DNA of 32,000 nt from Cereibacter sphaeroides 2.4.1 (GTDB lineage Bacteria > Pseudomonadota > Alphaproteobacteria > Rhodobacterales > Rhodobacteraceae): contig NC_007493.2 in assembly GCF_000012905.2 (NCBI RefSeq), forward strand, positions 1,230,001 through 1,262,000. Direction: 5' to 3'. The position numbers were made by a program, and so were the translations under genes. The notes beneath the pieces were generated by a model, which worked only from the letters and a program-made list of their open reading frames with translations, was not told the DNA's origin and made no database searches. Numbering within the stretch: position 1 is the first letter of the stretch; each line of letters starts with the position of its first letter. Below, one piece after another: positions 1 to 7,357 of this stretch.

Positions 1-567
1 TTCAACGGGATGCAGAGCTCTCTTTCCATGGTCTACGACCGCGAGACGGGCGCGATGCGGACGCTGCTCGTCAGCCCCTATCCGCGCTGGTTCCTTCTCG
101 GCTCGAAGCTCGTGGCGGGCGTGCTGGTCTCGATCCTGCAGGTCTATGCTTTCCTCCTCATCGCCTGGCTCTGGGGCATCCGCCCGCCGCCGCTCGGCTA
201 TCTCGCCGTCCTGCCCGCGCTGTTCCTGTCGGGGCTGATGCTGGGCGCGCTCGGCCTCTTCATCTCGTCGGCGATCCGGCAGCTCGAGAACTTCGCGGGC
301 GTGATGAACTTCGTGATCTTCCCGATGTTCTTCGCCTCGACCGCGCTCTATCCGCTGTGGCGGCTGAAGGACTCGAGCCCGCTTCTGGCCGATATCGCGC
401 TGGCCAATCCCTTCACCCACGCGGTCGAACTGATCCGCTTTGCCCTCTACCGGCAGGTCGAGCCTCTGGCGCTGGCCGTGGTCGCGGGCGCAGGCCTCGT
501 CTTCTTCGGAGCGGCGGTCTTCATGTACGATCCCTCGAAGGGCCTGTGGGCCCTGCGCAAGCGATAG
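1..567 (+). CDS. ABC-2 type exporter permease, C-terminal part (5' end lies outside the window)
   Basis: Frame 1 is open from nt 1 to TAG 565-567. The translation is a series of hydrophobic helices (LVAGVLVSILQVYAFLLIAWLWG, FVIFPMFFASTALYP, LAVVAGAGLVFFGAAVF) typical of ABC-2/NodJ-like permeases. The context fits the exporter found in PQQ-dehydrogenase clusters. Confidence 0.75.
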   Translation, partial: FNGMQSSLSMVYDRETGAMRTLLVSPYPRWFLLGSKLVAGVLVSILQVYAFLLIAWLWGIRPPPLGYLAVLPALFLSGLMLGALGLFISSAIRQLENFAGVMNFVIFPMFFASTALYPLWRLKDSSPLLADIALANPFTHAVELIRFALYRQVEPLALAVVAGAGLVFFGAAVFMYDPSKGLWALRKR

Positions 568-576
568 GAGGTTCCC

Positions 577-1170
577 ATGCTCAGATGGTGCATTCCGGCG
601 ATCCTCGCGGCGGGCACCGCCATGGGGGCGGATTTCTCCGATCCCGACTGGCCCTGCATCCAGCGCAAGCAGCCGCATCTGTCGCTGGGGCAGGTCTGGA
701 GCGGGCCTCTCCCGGATGCCGCGACCGAAGAGCTGGCGCGCGAACCGGCGATCCAGGGGTTGGCGCAGGAGCTGGAACAGCGGCGGCTTCCGGTGGAAGA
801 GGCCGAAGGGCGGATCGCCCGGTTCGCCGCCGACCACGAGCCGCAGGAGCTGGTGGCGCTCTATGTCGCGACCTTCGAGCGGATCGAATCCGTCCGCAAC
901 CGCGTGATGGCGGGCATCACCCGCTATGCCCACAGCCAGGAGGCGCTCGACCGCCGGATCAACGCGGCCCGCACCGAGATGGGCCGGCTCATGGCGGCGG
1001 AGGACAAGGACTTCGACCGGATCGACGCACTCGAGGAGCAGCTCGACTGGGACACGCGGATCTTCCGCGAGCGCCAGCAGTCGCTGACCTATGTCTGCGA
1101 GACGCCGGTGATCCTCGAGCGCCGGGCCTTCGCCCTGGGCCGGGCGGTGACGCAGCACCTGCCGAAATAG
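577..1170 (+). CDS. Secreted hypothetical protein coupled to the ABC-2 exporter (helical, coiled-coil-like)
   Basis: The ATG lies 9 nt after the permease stop and is preceded by TAGGAGGTTCCC (strong SD). Third codon positions are GC-rich. The N-terminus has a signal peptide (MLRWCIPAILAAGTAMGA). The mature part is rich in E/R/A/L, and I recognise no domain. Confidence 0.6.
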   Translation: MLRWCIPAILAAGTAMGADFSDPDWPCIQRKQPHLSLGQVWSGPLPDAATEELAREPAIQGLAQELEQRRLPVEEAEGRIARFAADHEPQELVALYVATFERIESVRNRVMAGITRYAHSQEALDRRINAARTEMGRLMAAEDKDFDRIDALEEQLDWDTRIFRERQQSLTYVCETPVILERRAFALGRAVTQHLPK

Positions 1171-1314
1171 TCGCGCCCGCTGTCGATGCGACGCGCCCCG
1201 TGCTGCACGCTGGGTGCTGCGCGGTTTCTCCCCCGCGCGCTCCCGATGCGGTTGGGCAGCCTGAAGCGGCGCTCCTCACCGACGTCCGCCCGCCGTCCGG
1301 CCGGGGCGGGTGGC

Positions 1315-2358
1315 CTATTCCCACTCCAGCTCGGCATAGGCGGCCGAGGCGTTGCGCGGATGGCTCTCCTCGTAGCCCGTCCAGTGCCGCGCGTCTTCGG
1401 GATCGCGCGCGCGGATCGCGGCGCTCATCGGCAGTCCCTCGGCAATCGCCGCGCGGATCGTGGTGCGCAGATGCTCGAGATAGGCGCGCGTCGCCTGCGC
1501 TCCCTCGGGCCAGGGCAGCGGCGCGGGACCGTGCCCCGGCACGATGCGGCGCACCTCGGGATGGGCGGCCGAAAGCCAGCCGATCCAGCCTTTGAGCGAG
1601 CCGTCGAGCGTCGGCAGCAGGCCGTTGAACACCAGATCGCCGGTGAAGAGCGTGCCCGAGACCGGCTCGAACACCGTCAGGTCATTGTCGGTATGGGCCG
1701 TGGGCACCGCCTGCAGATGCAGCCGGAGGCCGCCCAGATCCAGCCACTCCTCCGCCACGCCGCGGTCGGGCGGCACGGGCCGCGTGCCGAGCAGCGCGCC
1801 CGCGCCGATCTGCGTGGGATAGCTCTCCATCCAGCCCTCGGCGCGCGCCTCGATGCCCGCGGCGAGTTTCGGCGCCCCGAGGATCTCGGCGCCCGCCTCG
1901 CGGAAGAGATCGGCGCCGAACGTGTGGTCGGGATGCATGTGGGTCAGGATCACCGCCCGGATCGGCAGGTCGCTGCGCGCGCGGATCGCGGCATAGAGGG
2001 CCTCCGCCTCGGCCCGGCTCGCGCCTGCGTCGATGACGGCGATCCCTTCGGTGCCGATGGCAAGGCTCAGATTGGCGATGGCGCCGCGGTTCTGCGGATC
2101 GGGCAGGGCGGTCTGCCCCTCATGCACCCAGAGGCCGCCGCCGATCTCCTTCATCGCAAGCCGCGGCAGCGCCTCGGTGGGCAGGCACCGGCTCTCGCCC
2201 CCGGCAAGCTCGGGATGCGCCGAAAGCCAGTCCGCCGCCCGCGCCTCCGCGGTTTTCCGGCAGTCGGCCTCGCTCAGCGCCGCGGGTGCCGGAAGCAGCC
2301 GCTCGGCGCAGAGGGCGGGATCCGCCAGCAGGCAGACGCTCAGCATCAGATGAAACAT
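1315..2358 (-). CDS. Secreted MBL-fold zinc metallohydrolase (quinoprotein relay system zinc metallohydrolase-like)
   Basis: It carries the HxHxDH motif (ILTHMHPDHTFG) plus downstream His/Asp ligands. I start it at ATG 2358 (MFHLMLSVCLLADPALCA, signal-like; AGAGG SD upstream) rather than ORF-track 2427. It is divergent from the SoxYZ-like carrier gene. Confidence 0.8.
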   Translation of the reverse strand: MFHLMLSVCLLADPALCAERLLPAPAALSEADCRKTAEARAADWLSAHPELAGGESRCLPTEALPRLAMKEIGGGLWVHEGQTALPDPQNRGAIANLSLAIGTEGIAVIDAGASRAEAEALYAAIRARSDLPIRAVILTHMHPDHTFGADLFREAGAEILGAPKLAAGIEARAEGWMESYPTQIGAGALLGTRPVPPDRGVAEEWLDLGGLRLHLQAVPTAHTDNDLTVFEPVSGTLFTGDLVFNGLLPTLDGSLKGWIGWLSAAHPEVRRIVPGHGPAPLPWPEGAQATRAYLEHLRTTIRAAIAEGLPMSAAIRARDPEDARHWTGYEESHPRNASAAYAELEWE

Positions 2359-2463
2359 GCCTCTGCCTAGCCGCTTCCGCAGGCGCGCGCACTCAGCCGA
2401 AAGTCTCATAGGCGGGGCGGGCTGCACATGGTTTCATGTTGACTGCCAGCACAGGAGATCGCC

Positions 2464-3270
2464 ATGCGCATCGTCCGGTCGAGCATCATTTGTGCAGTTC
2501 TGCTGACCACCCCGCTCTGGGCCGAGGAAAAGCCCAGTCCGCTCCAGTCGGGCGAGGCCTGGGAGAGCCTGCAATTCGACGTCTTCGGCACCGGGGACAT
2601 CGTCGAGACGCCCGGCGCGCTCAGCCTCGACACGCCCTTTCGGGCGCACGATCCGGCGCTCGTGCCGGTGCGGGTGACGCAACCTCCCGACGGGCCGCGG
2701 ATCGAGGAACTGACCTTGGTCATCGACGAGAACCCTGCGCCGGTGGCCGCGACCTTCACGCTGGGCCCGGCGATGCATCCGCTCGATCTCGAGGTGCGGG
2801 TGCGGGTCAATGCCTATTCCAACGTGCGCGCGGTGGCGCGGACGGAAGGCGGCCAGTGGCAGATGGCAGGCCGCTTCGTCCGCGCGACGGGGGGATGTGC
2901 CGCGCCTGCGGGCAAGGATGCCGAGGCGGCTCTGGCCCATCTGGGGCAGATGCGGTTTCAGCCCGTCTCCGCCGACACGAGTGGCGGCGACCTGCGGCGC
3001 GAGGCCAAGCTCATGATCCGGCACCCGAACTATTCGGGGCTGCAACGCGATCAGGTCTCGCTGATGATGATCCCCGCCCGATTCATCGACCGGCTCGAGG
3101 TGATGCAGGGCGAAGAGCTTCTGTTCTCGATGACCGGCGGCATCTCGATCTCGGAGGATCCGGTCTTCACCTTCCGCTACCGCGACAATGGCGCAGGCGA
3201 GGTGACGGTGCGGGCCGTGGACACGGAAGGGGTGGAGTTCGGGGCGACCTTCCCGCTGCCTGCCGGCTGA
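2464..3270 (+). CDS. Fused SoxY/SoxZ-like periplasmic carrier protein (quinoprotein dehydrogenase-associated SoxYZ-like carrier)
   Basis: An AGGAG SD lies 6 nt upstream of the ATG. It has a signal peptide (MRIVRSSIICAVLLTTPLWA). The N-half is SoxY-like and ends in an internal GGC motif (RATGGCAAPAG, Cys145 = nt 2896-2898). The C-half is SoxZ-like (MIRHPNYSGLQ...SISEDPVFTFRY). Confidence 0.75.
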   Translation: MRIVRSSIICAVLLTTPLWAEEKPSPLQSGEAWESLQFDVFGTGDIVETPGALSLDTPFRAHDPALVPVRVTQPPDGPRIEELTLVIDENPAPVAATFTLGPAMHPLDLEVRVRVNAYSNVRAVARTEGGQWQMAGRFVRATGGCAAPAGKDAEAALAHLGQMRFQPVSADTSGGDLRREAKLMIRHPNYSGLQRDQVSLMMIPARFIDRLEVMQGEELLFSMTGGISISEDPVFTFRYRDNGAGEVTVRAVDTEGVEFGATFPLPAG

Positions 3271-3436
3271 CGGCAACATTTGCCCGCCGAAGGGAACCGC
3301 AAGGGCTTGTCGCCCGTTGGGGAAACCGGGCAAGATCGTCCGGGATGCGGATGCGACCATAGGGAGCGTGACGGTCGGGGCCGACGGGGAAGACCGCGCA
3401 GGGAGGAGGAAGCCCGCGCGGAAACGGGAGGAAGAG

Positions 3437-4144
3437 ATGGGACATGTTTCGGGAGGCATCGCCTGCGCAGGGGCGCAGCGGGTGCCCACACGCATGATCG
3501 GCGACATCCTGATCGTCGATGACCACCCGCTGATGTGCGACGCGCTGGCGATGACCTTGACCCACGCCTTCGGCCTGAAACGCGTCCGCAGCGCCGCGAG
3601 CCTCGCCGCGGCGGAGAAGATCCTGCGCGAGGGGCCCTTGCCCGATGCCATCGTGCTCGACCTGAACCTGCCGGACGTGCGCGGCATCGAGGGCGTGATG
3701 AGCCTGCAGAAGCTCGCGCGGAGCGTGCCGCTCACGGTGATCTCGGCCGAGGTCGATGCCGAGATGGTGACGGCCGCCATGGCGGCCGGGGCGCAGGGCT
3801 ATGTCTCGAAAAGCCTGCCGCGGCCGCAGATGGTCGAGGCTTTCGCCCGGATGTGGACCGGCGAATTCGTCACGCCCGAGGAATACGATGCCGACGGGGC
3901 GGGCGAGGACGGCGGCGAGCAGATGCGCGAGCTGGCCCGCAGCTTCGCCACCCTCACGCCGCAGCAGATGAACATCCTGCGGCTGATCTGTCAGGGCCGG
4001 CCGAACAAGCTCATCTCCTACGAGCTCTCGATCGCCGAAGCGACGGTCAAGACCCACATCGCCGCCATCATGACGAAGATCAACGTGAGAAACCGCACGC
4101 AGGCGGCCCTGCTGGCCAGCAAGGCGCGGATCTTCGCGCGGTAG
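3437..4144 (+). CDS. LuxR/NarL-family two-component response regulator (REC + LuxR HTH)
   Basis: The REC domain shows ILIVDDHPL...VLDLNLPD...YVSK. The C-terminal LuxR HTH shows LTPQQMNILRLICQGRPNKLISYELSIAEATVKTHIAAIMTKINVRNRTQA. Start ATG 3437 follows GGGAGGAAGAG. ATG 3494 (MIGDILIVDD) is an alternative but has no SD. ORF-track start 3317 is unsupported. Confidence 0.85.
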   Translation: MGHVSGGIACAGAQRVPTRMIGDILIVDDHPLMCDALAMTLTHAFGLKRVRSAASLAAAEKILREGPLPDAIVLDLNLPDVRGIEGVMSLQKLARSVPLTVISAEVDAEMVTAAMAAGAQGYVSKSLPRPQMVEAFARMWTGEFVTPEEYDADGAGEDGGEQMRELARSFATLTPQQMNILRLICQGRPNKLISYELSIAEATVKTHIAAIMTKINVRNRTQAALLASKARIFAR

Positions 4145-4154
4145 GGAGCGTCGC

Positions 4155-5315
4155 GTGACGACAGAGCATCCGGCGGAGGTGAGGGAGACCGCCCAAGGGG
4201 CGGGGGCGCCCGTGGTCTTGTCAGAGCCTGCGGATGCGCCGGATCTGGCCGAGCGCCTGCGGGCCGGGCTGGCGGACGCACGGCCCGCGGCCGTCCTGCT
4301 CTTCGCCTCGCCGGGCGCCGATCTTCCGGCGCTGGCGGCCCATCTCGGGCCCGCTCTCGGCACGCGGGTCGTGGGCTGCTCCTCGGCGGGCGAATTCGCC
4401 TGCGGCGGCTACGGCCACGGTCACGTCGTGGCGGTGGGCCTGCCGGCGGCACGCTTCCGCACCGAGGCGGTGTGGCTGCGCAACCTCGCCGGGCTCGGCG
4501 TCTCGGAATGGATGGCCGAGCTGCGCGCGCTCTTTTCCCGCTTCGAGGTCCAGCCGCGGCGGCACCGCTTCGGGCTTCTCCTGATCGACGGGCTCAGCCG
4601 TCAGGAGGAGCTGGTGGCGGCGACCGTCGATGCGGTGGCCCACCGCCTGCCGGTGCTGGGCGGATCGGCGGGCGACGGGCTGCGCTTCGAGGAGACCTGC
4701 CTCGTCCTCGACGGCGAGAGCCACCGCGACAGCGCGATCTTCGCGCTGTTCGAGACGGATTTCGCGCTGGAGCAGGTGATCTTCGACCATTTCACCCCCT
4801 CGGGGAGCCGGATGGTGGTGACCGCCGCCGTCCCCGAGGAGCGGCTGATCCTCGAGATCAACGCCGAGCCCGCGGCCGAGGAATATGCGCGCCTGATCGG
4901 CCTTGCGCCCGAGGCGCTGAACCCGCGCGTCTTCGCCGAGAACCCGCTCCTTGTCCGGATGGGCGGGCAATATCACGTCCGCGCCATCCGCGAGGTCACG
5001 CCCGAGGGCGGGCTCACCCTCATGTCTTCGATCGAGAGCGGCGTCCTGCTGGCGCTCGGCCGGGCCGACGATCTGACCCACGGGCTTCAGGCCCGGCTCG
5101 AGGCCTTGGGAGAGCGGCCTGCGCTGATCCTCGCCTTCGACTGCATCCTGCGCCGTCTCGCCCTCGAACAGGCGGGGCTCGAGCCCGCCGTGGCGCGGCT
5201 CTTCGCCGACTGGCGCATCGCGGGCTTCAACACCTACGGCGAGCAGCACGGCGGTGTGCATGTGAACCAGACCTTCGTGGGCCTCGCCCTGATGGAGCCC
5301 GCCCATGCTGCGTGA
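4155..5315 (+). CDS. FIST-N/FIST-C domain sensor protein (NosP-like)
   Basis: GTG start lies 10 nt after the response-regulator stop, with a GGGAG SD. It is 386 aa and cytoplasmic. Its FIST-type C-terminus (FNTYGEQHGGVHVNQTFVGLAL) and its position immediately upstream of, and overlapping, a NahK/ErcS-type kinase match the NosP-NahK arrangement. Confidence 0.7.
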   Translation: MTTEHPAEVRETAQGAGAPVVLSEPADAPDLAERLRAGLADARPAAVLLFASPGADLPALAAHLGPALGTRVVGCSSAGEFACGGYGHGHVVAVGLPAARFRTEAVWLRNLAGLGVSEWMAELRALFSRFEVQPRRHRFGLLLIDGLSRQEELVAATVDAVAHRLPVLGGSAGDGLRFEETCLVLDGESHRDSAIFALFETDFALEQVIFDHFTPSGSRMVVTAAVPEERLILEINAEPAAEEYARLIGLAPEALNPRVFAENPLLVRMGGQYHVRAIREVTPEGGLTLMSSIESGVLLALGRADDLTHGLQARLEALGERPALILAFDCILRRLALEQAGLEPAVARLFADWRIAGFNTYGEQHGGVHVNQTFVGLALMEPAHAA

Positions 5316-6738
5316 CGACGACGGCCTCGAACGGCAGGTCGAGAAGCTGAAGCGGATCAACGCGGCGCTCGTCGAGCGGCTGGATCGCGCCGATGCCTCG
5401 CGCGGCTCGCACTGGATGCTGTTCCAGACCGCGACCGTGCTCGAGCAGGAGCTGCTGGCGCGCAACCGCGATCTGGAACAGGCGCTCGCCCATCTGGAAT
5501 CGGTGAACCGGGAACTGGCCCTCGCGCGCGAGACGGCGGACGAGGCGAACCGCTCGAAGAGCCGTTTCCTGCGCGCCGCAAGCCACGATCTGCTGCAACC
5601 CCTGAGTGCCGCCAAGCTCTTCCTGTCGCATCTGTCCGAAACGGTGAACGAACCGCTGCAGGCCGATCTGGTCTCGCGGATCGGCACGGCCTTCGATTCG
5701 ACCGAAGAGCTGATCCGCGCGCTGCTCGAGATCTCGCGGCTCGATTCCGTCAGGCTCGACATTTCGACCGAGCGGGTCTCGCTGGGCCGGCTCTTCCAGC
5801 GGCTGATGGTGGATTTCCACGGCGACGCGGCCGCCCGCGGGCTGGAACTGCGCTTCGTCAACTCCTCGGCCACGGTCATGTCGAACCCGGTCTTCCTGCG
5901 CCGGATCGCCCAGAACCTCGTCTCGAACGCGATCAAATACACGCGGACGGGCCGGGTGCTCGTCGGCGCCCGGCGCGAGGGGGCGGATGTCTGGCTCGAG
6001 GTGCATGACACGGGCCCCGGCATCGCGCCCGAGGACCGCGAGCGGATCTTCAACGAATTCGAGCGGCTGGCGCCCGAAGGCGAGGAACCGGGCACGGGCC
6101 TCGGCCTCTCCATCGTGCGGCGCGCCTGCCTGCGGCTCGGCCACGAGGTCGCACTCGACAGTGCCCCGGGGCGCGGCTCGGTCTTCCGCATCCGCCTGCC
6201 GCGCGCGCTCGAGGCGCCGGGGGCGATCGAGGCGGGACCGGCCTCGGCGGCCAGCACCGGCGCGGTCCAGCGTCTGGCCGGAGCGCCACCGGAGCAGATG
6301 CTGATGGCCGATCCGGTGGCGGCGGGCCCTGCGGCCGCGCCCCTCGTCGGGCGGCGGGTGCTGGTGGTCGAGAACGATGCAGCGATGCGCGACGCCTATG
6401 CGCTCCTCCTCCGGCGCTGGGGGATGCTGGTCGCCACGGCCGACGGCACTCAAGCGGCCCTCGACCGTCTCGGAAGCTTTCTGCCCGAGCTTCTGGTGAC
6501 CGATTACCGGCTCGACCGCGGGGAGACCGGCCTTCAGACCATCGCGGCGCTGCGCCGCCGTCTGGGTCCGCGCCTGCCCGCGCTGATCGTGACGGCCGAA
6601 CCCGCCGCCCAGCTCGAAGCGCAGGCCGACCGGCTGGAGGCCGCGCTGCTGCGCAAGCCGGTGTCCGAGAGCGCGCTGCGCGAGCGGCTCTCGGCGCTTC
6701 TGGAGGGCCGCCGCCGGAGAGCGGCCGCCGCGGAATGA
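5305..6738 (+). CDS. Soluble hybrid sensor histidine kinase/response regulator (NahK/ErcS-like)
   Basis: The ATG overlaps the FIST gene by 11 nt. It has an N-terminal coiled coil (LERQVEKLKRINAALVERL), H-box SHDLLQPLSAAKL, N-box LVSNAIKYT, G-boxes HDTGPGI and GTGLGLSIV, and a C-terminal REC domain (VLVVENDAAM...LLVTDYRLD). There are no transmembrane segments. Confidence 0.85.
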   Translation: MLRDDDGLERQVEKLKRINAALVERLDRADASRGSHWMLFQTATVLEQELLARNRDLEQALAHLESVNRELALARETADEANRSKSRFLRAASHDLLQPLSAAKLFLSHLSETVNEPLQADLVSRIGTAFDSTEELIRALLEISRLDSVRLDISTERVSLGRLFQRLMVDFHGDAAARGLELRFVNSSATVMSNPVFLRRIAQNLVSNAIKYTRTGRVLVGARREGADVWLEVHDTGPGIAPEDRERIFNEFERLAPEGEEPGTGLGLSIVRRACLRLGHEVALDSAPGRGSVFRIRLPRALEAPGAIEAGPASAASTGAVQRLAGAPPEQMLMADPVAAGPAAAPLVGRRVLVVENDAAMRDAYALLLRRWGMLVATADGTQAALDRLGSFLPELLVTDYRLDRGETGLQTIAALRRRLGPRLPALIVTAEPAAQLEAQADRLEAALLRKPVSESALRERLSALLEGRRRRAAAAE

Positions 6739-6748
6739 AAGGATGAGC

Positions 6749-7357
6749 ATGAGACCCTTGCGAGCGATGCTGCTCCTCGTGGCGCTGACGGTGGCCACCG
6801 GGGCCGAAGCCGGACGGCTGGCCGAGGTGATCTTCCGCCCCGGCGCCTTCGCCGCCACCGGCGAGGTCACGTGCTACGCCCATCGGCGCGAGGGGCCCGA
6901 GGTGCGGGGCCTCCAGCTCGTGCCCGAGGGCGCGCTTCTGGTCTCTCCCGTGGCCAGCGCCGAGGGCCCGCGTCTCGCGCTCGTCCAGAGGGTGGACGGG
7001 CGCGACCAGCCCGTCGCCAGTTTCTCGGCCGCGGGCGGCGATCCGGTGCTCCTGTGGTTCCTCGAGAACACGGTGCGCAGCATGGCGACCATCACCGAGG
7101 GCAGCCCCTTCTACATCCGCAACCGGATGCGCGAAGCGCTCGGGGCCGCCGGTCTCGCCGAGGCCGAGGGGCCGGTGACGGCCGAACTGCGCCCGTTCGC
7201 CGAGGATCCGAAGCGGGCCGCGATGGGCGCCTTCGCGGGCCTCGTCCTCCGGATCACCGTCGATCCCTCCGCCCCCGTTCCGATCCGCGCGCTTGAAGCC
7301 GATACGACGGCCGCGGGCGGCATCTACCGCGAGACCCTGACGTTGGAGGCGCCATGA
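6749..7357 (+). CDS. Secreted hypothetical protein
   Basis: It starts 4-10 nt after the kinase stop. ATG 6749 has AAAGGA 5 nt upstream; ATG 6743 is the alternative. It has a signal peptide (MRPLRAMLLLVALTVATGAEA) and GC-rich third positions. I recognise no domain. Confidence 0.6.
   Translation: MRPLRAMLLLVALTVATGAEAGRLAEVIFRPGAFAATGEVTCYAHRREGPEVRGLQLVPEGALLVSPVASAEGPRLALVQRVDGRDQPVASFSAAGGDPVLLWFLENTVRSMATITEGSPFYIRNRMREALGAAGLAEAEGPVTAELRPFAEDPKRAAMGAFAGLVLRITVDPSAPVPIRALEADTTAAGGIYRETLTLEAP

Noticed and set aside
357-2370. 412-aa (357-1595) and 394-aa (1186-2370) plus-strand ORFs
   Set aside because: They are out of frame with, or antisense to, the supported permease, hypothetical and MBL genes. 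They are Arg/Pro/Gly-rich, and the starts I looked at lacked a convincing SD.
2439-2444. TTGACT hexamer as the -35 element of the SoxYZ-like carrier gene
   Set aside because: It lies only 20 nt upstream of the ATG, so a matching -10 would overlap the start codon. It is probably coincidental or part of the adjacent palindrome.
3317-3436. ORF-track start (3317) for the LuxR-type regulator
   Set aside because: The 40 extra residues are non-homologous filler. A strong SD (GGGAGG) precedes ATG 3437, and the REC domain begins at about 3494.
4221-6870. 678-aa and 547-aa minus-strand ORFs (4221-6257, 5227-6870)
   Set aside because: They are antisense to the FIST and hybrid kinase genes, whose plus-strand translations carry complete H, N, G1, G2 and REC motifs. 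The minus-strand products are low-complexity.
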